From Callorhinchus milii (Eukaryota), in assembly GCF_018977255.1 (NCBI RefSeq), contig NW_024704742.1, forward strand, positions 94,986,001-95,050,000: a stretch of 64,000 nucleotides of DNA, in the 5' to 3' direction. Each line of letters begins with the position of its first letter. Position 1 is the first letter of the stretch. The notes under the pieces are model-generated. The model was not told the DNA's origin and ran no database searches. It saw only the letters and a program-made list of their open reading frames with translations. Below are positions 25,681 to 38,539 of this stretch, in pieces. A program made the position numbers and the translations under genes.

Positions 25681-26577
25681 GATCTGACTCCTTCTGGTGC
25701 TGTGTTTTTTTTTATTTCCTGGTGTCCTTGCAATAAAAGCACAGCTCCAGAAATAACGAGATTGCAGCCAGATAATTTTGCCATTGAAATGTGACAATAA
25801 TGACAGTTCCTCAATTACAATATCTCAATCAGCTTTGTCAATAATATATTCGAACTTTGAAAATTAATCTTAAAAAAACATATATTTGCATTTTCTGTTA
25901 AATACTTCCTGCACTGTTTTCAACCAATTTTAGTATAAATTATATATTATACTAATATAGGGCAAATTTGTGACATTTCATAACAGATTTAATTGAATCT
26001 GTCATGAAATGTCATCAATATTACTCATCTACATATTCCAAATCATTGACAAAACATTGCCAAAGATCAGAAGATGCTCATAATTGTTTCAGTCAGTGGA
26101 TGGAGTGGGGGTAATGGCAGATGAGAAACATCGACCATTTAACAGACATTAATTATGATGTATTTAAACTATGTTTTATTATAGCATGTGTTTTGTGGGT
26201 TTATAATAAAACAGAAACAGGGAACAGATGAGAAATGGGCAGATTGCAGGAAAGGGCTGAAGCTAGCAGCAGTGCTCTAAGTGTTACTGTGTGAACAACA
26301 GCTCCTCCTGGTGATTCTGAGGGCCCAAGCATTGAAAGAGCCTGTCATTTCATTAAAATGACAGTCACAGCATCTGCCACATTTCCTGTGTGCATTCTTT
26401 CTTAGCCAGCAAGAACGGATGAGCCATAATTATTCCCAAGTGTTTTCATGAGCAATATGAAAAAAAGACAAATTGTAGCAACTTTTTTTTGTTCATGAAA
26501 TTGACTTCAGATTTTATTAAATGAATGACGCCAGTCCTATTAGGTAATGTGAGAAACCAGAATGTGAGGCAAAAGGA

Positions 26578-26770
26578 TGGAATCTTGTAGCTCAGTGGTT
26601 AGAGCACTCGCCTTGCAAGTGAGAGACTTGGGTTCGAATCCCGACAGGGCAAAACCTTGGGCAAGCTTCCTTACTCCACACGTCTGATAATAATCCCTCA
26701 AGAAAAAAATAATAAATTGGTCACTTCAATCCACTTGAAAAGCGCTATATCAAATGCAAGGATTTATTGT
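26578..26770 (+). mobile_element. tRNA-derived SINE with internal deletion
   Basis: A box TAGCTCAGTGG and B box GGTTCGAATCC are present; the body is missing between aatccac and tgaaaagcgct. Confidence 0.85.
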
Positions 26771-26964
26771 AAAAGGATGAAGGATCACAACAATCCCCTC
26801 CTCTCCAGTAGTCTTTCTCTTTCAGATACTGATATGGATTTCCAGGACCTTCAATCCTTGCTTCACATGACCATTATTACCTCCTCTTTCCCCCTGTTTT
26901 GTTGCAATCCCCTCCTTTGTTTTGCATCATTAACACCTTTTTAACCCATCATCCCCTGTCCTCT

Positions 26965-28065
26965 ACAACAGCAACAAAATTACATTTGCATAGCGCCTTT
27001 CATGTCGGGAGGATGTCCCAAGGCACTGGACAGACAGAGTTTCAAACCCGAGCTAGGTGTTGGGGTCGAGGAGTGTGGAGGGCAGGGAGGAAGCAGAGAG
27101 ATCGAAAGCATGGTTGAAAAGGAGGGTCTTGAGATGGGTCTTGAAGGGGGCAGCGGAGGAGGTGAGGCAGATGGACTGAAGGATGGAGTTCAGGAGGGTG
27201 GGGGCAGAGTGGCAAAAGGCCCATCCACCAATAGTGGGGCGAGCAGGCCGAGCCCACTGAGCGGAGGGAGCGAGCAGGATGGTAGGGGATTAGGAGGTTG
27301 TGGAGGTATGGGGGGAGCAAAACCATGGAGGGCTTTGAAGGTGAGGACCAGGATCTTGAACTGTATCCTCTGTGTGATGGGAAGCCAGTGGAGTCAGGCA
27401 AAGATGGGGGTGATAGGGTCAAGGAGCCTGATGCGGGAGAGGACACGGACTGCAGAGTTCTGGATGATCTGCAGCCTATGGAGGGAGGCATTGGGGAGGC
27501 CGACAAACAGGGAACCTGGTTGTTATGAATGTGTGTATGAGGGTCTTGGTGGTCTTAAGTGTGAGACAGTGGCGGAGCCGAGTGATGTTACGGAGATTGG
27601 GAAAGGCGGAGTAGGTCATGGCATGGATGTGGGGTATGAAGGACTGTTGAGGGTCGAACAGGATGCCAAGGTTCCGTATTGACTCCATGAAATGTAGAAT
27701 ACATCCATGGAGGGAGATGCTGTCAGTGCCCGAAGTATGGAGGCGCTGATGGGAGCCAAGCAGGTGGGCCTCGGTCTTATTGACATTCAACTGCAGAAAG
27801 TTAGCTCTCATCCAGGACTTGATGTCTGACAGGTAGTTTGTGAGAACATCAGTGATCCTGGAATTAAGGGTGGAAGCAGAGAGATAGACTTGGCTGTCAT
27901 TCTCATACATGTGGAAGTTGACCCCGTGTCTGCGGACGATGTCACCAAGGGGGAGCATATAGATGTTGAAAAAGAGGGGGCCAAGGACACAGCCCTGAGG
28001 GATGTTACACGTGACGGTGTGGGGACTGGAGGAGAAGCCATTGGTGGCAACAAAGTGGAGACACA
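26965..28065 (-). mobile_element. L2 LINE, RT C-terminal half plus 3' end, degenerate
   Basis: IPQGCVLGP...NFHMYEND...FLQLNVNKTE; (CAA) tail. Confidence 0.9.
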
Positions 28066-28529
28066 ATGATATTCTTCACCTAATATTACATAGCCTACAA
28101 GATATTGTCCCCAGTTACCAGTGAAGTTCAAGAGTACTGCAATCCGAATCCTGAGATCCTATCTCCCATGTTTGCATACCAATGATCAACTTTGTAAATC
28201 CTTTAATGTTAGTATTGGGTGTAATCTAATCATAATTACATACCTGTATTAAAGATGAATCACATTTAGCAAACACACAGAATAATCAGTAGTTCCTAAT
28301 AAAGAAGCCCATCTATTGAGGAAACCGCACCCAACTCAATCATCAAAAAAAATATTCCTCGTTCCAGCCTTAAAAAAATCTAAATATTTAATCTCATCAT
28401 TCTCTGTTACTATATACGGTTGGTACACAGATGCCACTTACTTGACAATAGGTTCTTTTGAGAGTTTAAATAAAGGTGGAGAAGGTTTAATCGTGGAGAA
28501 ATGCACACCCTAGAATTGAGTCATACACT

Positions 28530-28735
28530 GTCAAAACTCTGGAACACTCTTCCTCTATCCCTCCGTCTTGTCCCCTCCTTCCCCATCTTCAGGTCGCGCC
28601 TAAAGACCTCGCTCAGCGATCGTGCCTATGGTCACTTCGCCCTCCCTTCAGCCCGGTATCATGCTCCTCCACTGTCAAGCGTCCTGGGATGCTACCCTGT
28701 GTGAGGGGCACTATATAAATGCAAGTTGTTGTTAT
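28530..28735 (+). mobile_element. L2 3' end (second tail subfamily)
   Basis: KLWNTLPLSLRL...; gggatgctaccctg...ataaatgcaagttgttgtt tail. Confidence 0.75.
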
Positions 28736-29679
28736 CAAGGACATTTTCTTCTATCAAATGCACTTTGTTTATCGTGTAGTACACTGTGAATACTGGAGGA
28801 AACTATCGCAAGTTGGAATCTACAATTGGGACTCAGGACTTTTAAAAATATCATTTTACAATGTTTTGTACAGATCACAATCAATCAAAGGACACAAGCA
28901 AGGGCTGACCAATGCATCCAAATGGAATAGATTTCCCTGCCTCATGCACTTACATTCAGAGCAACGACTCCAGTAAGCTTGCATTTAGGAAGCTGAATTA
29001 TGTTGTCAATTTGCATAAGCTTTCAGCTAAATAACCAAGATTTTTTCTAGAAGCAAATCTTTTATATTCTAACAAGTCATGATTGCGATCCTTATATCAG
29101 CCTTCGTTAGTGCATGCGTGGGAGTACCATACCACTGCCGCAAGATTGTTACCAACCTGTCACAGATATTTTAATAATAATAACCCTTGCATTTGATATA
29201 GCGCCTTATCAAATCTTCAAGACGTCTCAAAGAGCTTCACAGAATATACTGTAAAGTGGATTGACTGTATATTTTGTGGGCGAAACAAAATTATTCCCTG
29301 AAAGTGAGCCCACTACTTAAATAAGCCATGTCACATTTTCACTGTCTGTATCTCGTGAGTACTTTAATGCTTGAAATGATGTACGTCACCTGGCTCAAAA
29401 GAGAGGAAAATCTATCCAATTCAGCATAAACAGAAAAAGGCACAATTTTTTTTAAAATCAAAGTCTCGTTTTCCAGTCTGGAAAACTTTCTGCGTGAAAC
29501 TACCTAAAGGAGACGATTGAAACAGTGATTATTTTGATATTTGTTCTTGGTGTTTCATTTTCTGTCTGTGAAGCAATACAATGGGGAGAGTATGATCCAC
29601 AGAAAAAGACTGAGCAGGTTACTGTACAAGAGTTCTACCCTGCAGTCAGCTCCTGCTTGCAACTTTTCCAATGCTCTCC

Positions 29680-30075
29680 TTGACAGTCTCCCCAGCTCCA
29701 CAAGGTCGAATGATTCAAAATGCTGCCCATATTCTCACCTGTACCACAAGCTGACACTTCGCTATCCATTCGACCTGCTGACACCCCACATACCTTCCAC
29801 CTTTGTTTAGCTGGCTCTCGCCTTGTGGACATCCCTCGTCCCCTCTGCTCCACAATTGTCGGCCGTGCTTTTATCCATTATGCCCCCAACCTCTGGAACT
29901 CCTTACCTAAATCCCTCTTTGCCCTCTTCAAATCAAACCTGAAGACTTCCTTCTTTGACCTTGCCTTTGATCACCTCCCCTCTCTTTCCAGCTTGGGGTC
30001 AAACCTCACCACTGTTAAGTGTTCTGAGACACTCACTGCGTGAAGGTCTCTACATAAGTTCAAGTTGTTGTTCTT
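29680..30075 (+). mobile_element. Degenerate L2 3' end
   Basis: GRAFIHYAPNLWNSLPKS...LKTSFFD. Confidence 0.75.
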
Positions 30076-30364
30076 GTTGAAAAACAAATGAAGAAAGTTC
30101 AGCCCCTCTCAAGAATTATTACATTCCATGCCTCCACTTATTCCTATGTTACTTGCCTTTGTATGGGAAAATATAAAAACTATAATTCAATTTAAACCAT
30201 TTTCAAGATGAAGGAAATTGTGATTGCAAACAGACCTTTGAATATGAACAGATGTGGCCATAACGTGCAGTATTTTGTTTTAACTACTCGTGGCCTATTT
30301 TTATGCTACTGTCAAATTGTGCTAAGCTATTAATTCATCAAATGTTTTCCTGAGTCAATAGTAG

Positions 30365-31900
30365 TTACAACAGTTTCCTTTATTTAGCACCATTCATGTA
30401 GTTTAACATCTTGGAGTGCTTTACAAGGGGGGAAAGGAGGTACCCCAAGACAGAGGATGAAGAACAATGGAGAGGGGTTTAGGTGGAGGGTGTGGACATA
30501 GTGGGTGAAGGCTTGTTGATGGTGGGGCAGGAGCAGGCCTGCTGTTTCTGAATGAAGGAAGCAGCAGAAGAATGAGGGTGAAGAAGAAAGATAATGGTAG
30601 AGAAGTGTGAGTGCATAGAATTATAGGTGAGGATCTTGAAGTCAATTCACTGGGCGACAAGGAGCTAATGGAGCCTGCGGAGGAATGGAGGCAACGGTAT
30701 GTAAAGTTTCATGCGGGTTAGAATGTGGGCAGCAGAGTTTAGATAAGCTGAAGCTTGTAGAAGGGGGAACTGGGGAGATTGGAGAGGAGGGCATTTGAGA
30801 AATTGAGTGGGGAAGTGACAAAAGCATGAATGAGGGTTTCAACAACAACAACAACAATAACAACAAAATTACATTTGTACAGCGCCTTTCACATCAGGAG
30901 GACGTCTCAAGGCACTGGACAGACAGAGTTTCGGACCCAAGCTGAGAGTTAGGGTGGGGGAGGGAGGAGGGCAGTGGGGAAGCAGGGAGATCGAAAGCAC
31001 GATCGAAGAGGAGGGTCCTGAGGTGGGTCTTGAAGGTGGCGAGGGAGGTGGCGAGATGAAGGGACTGCGGATGGAGCTCCAGAGGTTGGGTGCAGAGTGT
31101 CGGAAGGCCCACCTGCCGATAGTGGGGCGAGCAAGGCGGGGGACGTGGAGCAGACCAAAGCCTGATGGGTTTCATATGGGTCATAGTGGTGATGAGTGAG
31201 AAGGGGGAGACGGATTCAAAGGGGTGGGTAGGGGCTGGGATGGAAGGAGGAGATGGGGAGGGGGTAATAGTTTCCCGATTATCCCAATCCTTGCCAGTCT
31301 GCACTGGCTGCCTGTCCCAGAGAGGATCAACTTCAAGATCCTCACCCTTGTCTTCAAATCCCTCCACTCCTCTGCACTTCCCCTACCTCTCTGACCTCCT
31401 CTCTCCTCAAAACAATGCCCGTTGCCTTCGTTCCTCCGGGTCTGGCCTCCTCCTCGTACCTCGAGTCCTCCGCTCCACCCTCGGCGACCGTGCCTTCAGT
31501 CTCTATGCCTCGAGGCTCTGGAATTCCCTTCCTCACTCCCTTCGCCTCGCTCCCTCTCTTCCTATTTTCAGGTCTCTGCTGAAGACCTTTCTTTTTGACC
31601 ATGCCTTTGGTCACCTTTCTCCCCCGGCTTGGTCCCAGGATCTGTTATTGTGAAGCGCTCTGAGACGCCGTCCGGCGTGGAGGGCGCTGTATAAATCCAA
31701 GCTGTTGTTGTTGTAGTTGCAGTAGCAGAGGCAGCTGAGCGGATTCCCTCAATTTTGGATTCGAGGAAGTCCAACATCGCCTCGCAGTTGGCATTTGAGG
31801 TGAGGATGAACGAGACATGAGAGAATGGGTGGAGGAAACAGTTTGTGATGGAGAAGAGTTGCCTGGGATTGTCCTTAGCTTTCAAAATTGTCTTGGAGTA
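30365..31900. mobile_element. Nested L2 cluster
   Basis: Old minus copy 30365-30840; minus 3' end 30840-31165 joined to mid-ORF2 pieces (31166-31270 and 31716-31900); plus-strand copy 31270-31715 inserted between those pieces. Confidence 0.8.
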
Positions 31901-33855
31901 GAACAACAGCATTGGGAGTGAGAAAGAGATGGAGATGGCAATGTGACAAACACACAGGTAATGGATATGACGGAAGAAGAAGAGCTGATGGTGGAATTAG
32001 GGCCAATGTTGTGCATTGGTTTAGCTTTTCATCAAATGATTTAAAAATCTACGTACTCTTATCAGCGTAGTGGTAAAAAAAAATGTCTATGGATAAACAG
32101 ATTGCACATGATCAAAGTTTAATGTGATAGAAATCTTAAGTGGAACTGGTACCTAAGAATAGTTCTGATGTGTATTTTATCCTTTTGACTGGCATTGAAA
32201 TAATGCCAACTTAAATTGAATGTGACTAATACTTCAATGTCAGCACAATGTGTACCAAATGGTATTTGTAAAGATAATTCTTTAATTCCTGCTGGTCTGT
32301 TTTCTTAAGATGAATTACACTTTACCTTACATTTTACAATTTACATTTACATTTCTTTATTGCCTTTCAGGTTGGGAGAATGTCTCAAAGTACTTTACAC
32401 ATTTGACTAGCACCTGAGCTGCTGCAGGATGGGGAGAATGGTGAAAAAGATCAAAAAGATACATCTTAAGATAGCTTTAAAGGTGAGGAAGGAAGGGACA
32501 AGGTTGAGGGGCTTACCTAATTCCAGAGACAGGTTGATAAGAACCAAGGTTTGGGCACCCCAGACTGTGTATTGGACTACTGCTGCAATTTAAACCAGGT
32601 AAAAACGCATATCTTGGCATTGAAAGTACTGCTGACAAGCTTCTCTCTGTATATTTAAGATCAACCCTACCAATTATGGCTTTATCTTACAGGGTTACAG
32701 AAGCCACGTAAAATAATCTCTGCCCCCAGTGTCTCTCCAAGCCCTGCTGTTGAACCAGGCTGCCATTAGCAATGCAGTGGAATATCGTGGACCAGCCTGG
32801 CTCAGAAACTGGACTACTGAGACCATCACAGAGTTTGACTAAATTTGGAAATTCTGTGGCTATGCATGTCACTATTCTCCCCATCCTGCTCCAGCTTGGA
32901 TGCCAGTAAACTACGTAAGGCGCTTTGAGACATTCTCCAAAACATTAAGGTGCTAAAGAAATGTAAATTGTAATTGAAATTAAAAAGATATTGAGATTAA
33001 AAATCAAAAAAGCATGAAATGAAAAGCAACTAGAAATAATTTATGATTAATCGGAAATAATCTGCCCATTGCCGTTGCCCAAGGAGACACTGATGACCTC
33101 CTCCCCCACCCCCAGCCCCTCCCCGCGCACCCCACTCCCCCCTACCGAGGATCACTAGTTGGTTATTTGACATCCACAGGATTGAGCCCTTACTTATTAG
33201 AAATAAAACGATCAACTGTGAATTGTGCAATTGCACAGTGTAATTTTGCATGATTGTTTATTTGGATACTGCTATCATCTGAATGTTGCTCAGAAGAAAG
33301 ATTCAGTTATTTGTAATATCTCCGCCAATAACAATTTTGCAAACCACGATAATGATCTTATCGCTCCTTCCGCAGTTGTTTACATGTAAGTTACTAGGCC
33401 TAAAGTATGAACTCGTTGTGTTAGAAGCTATTGTTAGAAGAATGGAGTCCAGCTGCAGGAATCTATCCAAAATGCTGAGAATAACTATAGAAGCCAAACA
33501 CTCAAATTTAAAAAATGTTGAGACTAAAAAACAAAATCCAAATGCAAAGCAAATAGGATTACCTTATGATTCATCAAAAATAATCTGCCTGTTGCCATTT
33601 CTTCCGATGTTGCAGGAATAGTGAAGTTGCTTCCAGTAAGACCAATCCAATGTTTGATTAGACCTTTTTTTTTATGAGTCACTGTCTGAAACATTATAAT
33701 TAATACAGTCATTTCAAGGGTGCTGAAAGAACTAAGAGGGTGACTTTGTGCACTGTATGAACAAAATTAGATTATTTAAAATTGCTTTGGGGAATAGCTT
33801 GTCTGGCTTTAAATGATGGATAAAGTTCACAATGCATTCCATTTTCGCCCTTCGG

Positions 33856-34135
33856 TTGAGACGTTAAATCAAAGGTTGCAGTCTGCCTGTTCAGGTGACC
33901 ATGAAAGATCACATAGTACCATTTGAAAAGAGAAGGTAATTTCTTTCTGATCCTAGCAAACAATCCTCCTAATAAAAATTATCATTCATGGCTGTTTGTG
34001 GGGCATTGCTGTATGAAAATTGACTGCTGCGTTCATCCACAAAACATACACAGTCACTGCGCTTCACAGTATATCCTGTGAAATAGGATGAGTACCCAAC
34101 ATGAAAGGTGCTACATCAAATGGTAGGATTATTAT
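33856..34135 (+). mobile_element. Old Deu-domain SINE
   Basis: tgagacgttaaatcaaagg...gtctgcctgttcaggtg...aaagatc core and tail. Confidence 0.7.
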
Positions 34136-34179
34136 AATGATGATGATAATAATAATAATAAGAAGAATAAGAATAAGAA

Positions 34180-34525
34180 TCATCCTTGCATTTGATATAA
34201 TAATAATAATAATAATAATAATCCTTGCATTTGATATAGCGTTTTTCACGTCGGTAGGACGTCCCAAAGAGCTTCACAGAATATACTGTAAAGTGAATTG
34301 ACTGTATATTTGTGGGCGAACGCGGCAGCCAATTGCGCACAGCAGTGTCCCACAAACAGTCATGGATTGAAAATGACCAATTTATTATTGTTTTTGTTTT
34401 TTTGGAGGGATTATTATTAGGCGTGTGGAGTAAGGAAACTTGCCCAAGGTTTCGCCCTGCCTGGAATTGAACTCAGGTCTCTCGCTTGCAAAGCGAGTGC
34501 TCTAACCACTGAGCTACAGGACTCC
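34180..34525 (-). mobile_element. tRNA-derived SINE, short form, full length
   Basis: Complete head (ggagtcctgtagctcagtggttagagc) to (TTA)n; short duplication of the tail. Confidence 0.92.
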
Positions 34526-35937
34526 TATTATCTTTGGGTGGGATTTTCCATTTGTTGGTAAGCATCCACATAAGTGGGAAAATACCATTTTGAATGCACA
34601 CCACTAAGATTGATAAATTTATTGACTAACAGATTGTTTTTAACATTTTAAATCTACAAACTGTAAATGTTTCTTATAGTCTTTTGAAGTATGAAAGCAA
34701 TACAAACAGATATGGAGGAAGAGCAGGAAACTGAGTTTGGAGTACTTAGCTCCAGTCAGTGAAGAAACTAGCACCAGCATAGAGTCAATGGGTTGAATGA
34801 ACCCCTAACCTTCTGACTCAGAGGCAAGAATGCTACCAATTGTGCCAGGCTGATTCCTGTAGTTTCAAGGAAAAGACAACGTTCAGAATACGTTGCATGA
34901 GAATCATGGAACAAGAAAGGTCCCTTGACCAATCAAGCCAGGTCCTTCCATACATAAAACAACCAGTCACTGAGAAGCTTCCAAGACAGTACAAGTTCTT
35001 CCTGAAATTTCTTCCAATTATAAAAAATCTCCAGAGTATTATTCTAACCCGACAATTTACACCTATGTTCCACAAACGACACACCCATGGTACCACCATC
35101 ACATCAGCATTCTCTTCCTTTGCCTTGGACTATTTGATCATTTGTGTCTACTTTTATTAACTTAATTCTCAATCTGAAATAAAGTTCAAGCTCAGTGTTT
35201 TTTATAGAACAAATCAATTTACGTTAAATAAATTAATTAGTTTTTGCTATCCTAGGAATCTACCTTATAAATCTACTATTCTGGAGGGGGACAAAATTTA
35301 AGGCTTACTAATTTTGTACTGATGTCCTTAAACATCACAATCCAAGTTATATATTATTCATGGCTTTCATCAAGTCCCAGCTGGGGTACCCATCCAGCAC
35401 TGTTCCGCTCTTTTAAACATCCGGCTGTCGCAAAAGGCACTATATAAATGTAAATTCTTTGTAAATTGCAAAATTATATTGTAACTGTAAACTCTGAATC
35501 GTGCATTGTCTCAATATTGCAAGTTTCTTAATAAAATTGTTCACTCACTTCATAGTTGTTTGTGAACATTGCTGTGTGCAAATTAACTGCTGAGCAAAAT
35601 ACAGTCACTATACATTACATGGAATGCTGTGAATTTCTTTGAGATGTCCTCTAGATGTGAAGCACTAGATCAAATGCAAGGGTTATTATTAATATTGTTA
35701 TTAGTAAAATCATTAATCAATATATTATTATTGAAACTTTTTACAATAGTATGCAATTAATTCCATGAGTAGATAACAATACAAGAAACCCTTGCTCCAT
35801 AAACCATGGACTCCATAGTAAATGTAAAATTGTCATTTATTTCTTATTTTTGACACTTATTCCTATCTGTTTAATTCTTTCACTTTTGAATTTAACAATG
35901 CAACACTGATACGGTTATTAAGATTTACTCTCACATT

Positions 35938-36768
35938 CAACAACAACAACAACAACAACAAGATTCCATTTATAAAGCGCCTTTCACGTCAGGAGGACGT
36001 CCCAAGGAGCTGCACAGTTGGGTCATGACCCGAGCAGGGGGGAAATGGTCAGGGTGAGGGAGGGAAGGGAGGGAGCGAGGAGGGGGGAAATGGTCAGGGT
36101 GAGGGGAGGGAAGGGAGGGAGCGAGGAGGGGGAAGAGAGTCGAGAGGGGAGCTGAAGGCACGGTCAAAGAGAAAGGTTTTGAGACCGGCCTTGAAGGAGG
36201 AAAGGGAGGAAGCAAGGCGAAGGCACTGGGGGATGGAGTTCCAGAGCCTGGGGGCTGAGAGGCTGAAGGCCCGACCACCGATGGTAGGGCGGTTGGGGCG
36301 GGGGACGTGGAGCAGACCAGAGCCAGAGGAACGGAGGGTACGGGCAGGTAGGTAGGGGGATAGTAGGTTGGAGAGGTAGGAGGGAGCAAGGCCGTGAATG
36401 GCCTTGTAGGTGAGGATGAGGATCTTGAAATCAATCCTCTGGGGGATGGGGAGCCAGTGGAGGCGAGCGAGGGTGGGAGTGATGTGGTCCCGAAGCCTGG
36501 TGCGGGACAGTACACGAGCTGCAGAGTTAGGAATGACCTGCAGCTTGTGGAGGGAGGTACCGGGAAGGCCGGCGAGGAGAGAGTTCCAGCCTTGAGGTGA
36601 TAAAGGCGTGGACCAGTGTTTCAGCAGCGTGAGGGGTGAGGTAGTGCCGTAGTCTGGCGATCTTTCGGAGGTGATGGAAGGCGGTGCCAGTTGTGGCGCG
36701 GATATGAGGAAGAAAGGACAGCTCAGGGTCGAACAGAACGCCGAGGTTCCTGACTGCTTTGAGAGGTG
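35938..36768 (-). mobile_element. Young L2 LINE 3' portion
   Basis: ORF2 C-terminus, 3' UTR with a tandem duplication of about 46 bp (36037-36132), tail read as (CAA)n on the plus strand. Confidence 0.9.
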
Positions 36769-36824
36769 ATAATCGAGCACAGAGATTAACAGAGATGTCA
36801 CAGACAAATAGGTCTGGGGACTAC

Positions 36825-37170
36825 AACCACAACTTGCTTTTTCATTACGCTCTTCATGTAGGGCAGGGTCTTGGATTGTTTAACTATGAACAATGGCGAA
36901 TTTTGATGCTGAGCTAGGGAGAAAGGGGAGCTGACTGTAAGCACAGTCAAAGAGGAAGGTCTTCAGGTGCGATCTGAAGACAGGGAAAGATGTGGCAAGG
37001 CGGAGAAATTGAGTTAGGGAGTTCCAGAGTTTCAAGGCATAGTCGCTGAAAGCACGGCCATGGATGGTGGAACAGAGGGGACAAGTGACTTGCAGACTGA
37101 GGAGCCAAAGATGAGAACAATTTAAAGGTGAGAACAAGGATCTTGAGCAGGATCCACTGGGAGCTGGGAA
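36825..37170 (-). mobile_element. Older L2 3' fragment (different subfamily)
   Basis: [15 protein letters not shown]...[11 protein letters not shown] and a degenerate tail. Confidence 0.7.
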
Positions 37171-38460
37171 GCCAGTTGTGGCGCGGATATGAGGAAGAAA
37201 GGACAGCTCAGGGTCGAACAAAACGCTGAGGTTCCTGACTGGCTTTGAGAGGTGGAGAGTGCAGCCTTGGATCCTGATGCTGTCAGCGCCTGAGGTGCGG
37301 AGGCACTGACGTGAGCCAATCAGGAGGGCCTCAGTTTTGCGCACGTTGAGCTGAAGAAAGTTGTCTCTCGTCCAGGACTCGATGTCGGACAGGCAGGCTG
37401 TCAGGACATCGGTGGTCGTGGAGTTGAGGGTAGAGGAGGAAAGGTAGAGTTGGGTGTCATCCGCATACATGTGGAAGTTAACCCCATGTCTGCGGATGAT
37501 GTCACCAAGGGGGAGCATATAGAGGGTAAAGAGGAGGGGACCGAGGACAGAGCCCTGAGGGACACCGCACGAGACAGTGCGGGGGCTGCAGGAAAAGCCG
37601 TTTGTGGAAACAAAATAAAGACAGTGGGAGAGGTATGAACTAAACCACTCAAGGACAGAGCCTTGAAGGTTGAGGTGGGAGGACAAGCGGTGGAGGAGAA
37701 TAGCGTGGTCGACCTTATCGAATGCTGCCGATAGGTCGAGGAGGATGAGGATGAAGAGGGAGCCCTGGTTGCAGATGGTCAAGATGTCATTCGTGACCTT
37801 GACCTGGGCGGTTTCTGTGCTATGGGCAGCACGGAAACCCGACTGAAAGGGTTCGAATAATGCATGGGTGGAGAGGAAAGAGCGCAGCTGGGAGGCGACA
37901 ACTCTTTCAAGGACCTTGGATAGGAAGGGGAGGTTGGAGATGGGCCAGTAGCTTGATAGCTGCGATGCATCAAAGGAGGGTTTTTTCAAAGTGGGAGTGA
38001 TGATGGCAGTTTTTAGGGGAATGGGAACAGAGCCAGAGGAGAGGGACAGGTTGACGATGTCTGTGATAAGTGGGGCAAGGAGGTGGAGCTGAGGGATAAG
38101 GAGTGGAGTGGAAATGGGGTCAAGGGAGCAGGTGGTGGGTTTCAGGGACAGGATGAGTTTGGTGACAGAGGGTGGGGAAACGGGTTCGAAGGTGTGTAGG
38201 AGAGGATGGGTGGGAGTCGGAGTGTGGGAGGGAAGGGGTGGGGGGTGGGTGGAAGTTGGAGGGGGAGTGACTGTGGAGCGGATTCCCTTGATTTTAGATT
38301 CAAGGAAATCCAACATCTCCTCGCAGTGAAGGTTGGAGGAGATGACCTGCGCAGGGTGGCGGGGGGGACGGAGGAGTTGGGATGTGGTAGAAAACAGAAG
38401 CCTGGGGTTGTTCTTCACCTGCAGGATTATCCTGGAGTAGAAGGACGACTTGGCCGAGGC
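37171..38460 (-). mobile_element. L2 LINE ORF2 segment with an uninterrupted reverse transcriptase domain
   Basis: Part of the 512-aa [52 protein letters not shown]. No endonuclease domain and no 3' end of its own. Confidence 0.93.
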
Positions 38461-38539
38461 TAGAAATATTCAAATGTTTTCTCTATCTGTTTTTAAAAAG
38501 GAAAATGGAAATTTTAGTAATTTCCTAAAGTTGTGTTAC

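Noticed and set aside
36880..38418. 512-aa RT ORF as a novel or domesticated gene, or a retron-like system
   Set aside because: It is an ordinary L2 ORF2 fragment without endonuclease or a true start context, its C-terminus comes from a chimeric junction, and many related copies lie in the window.
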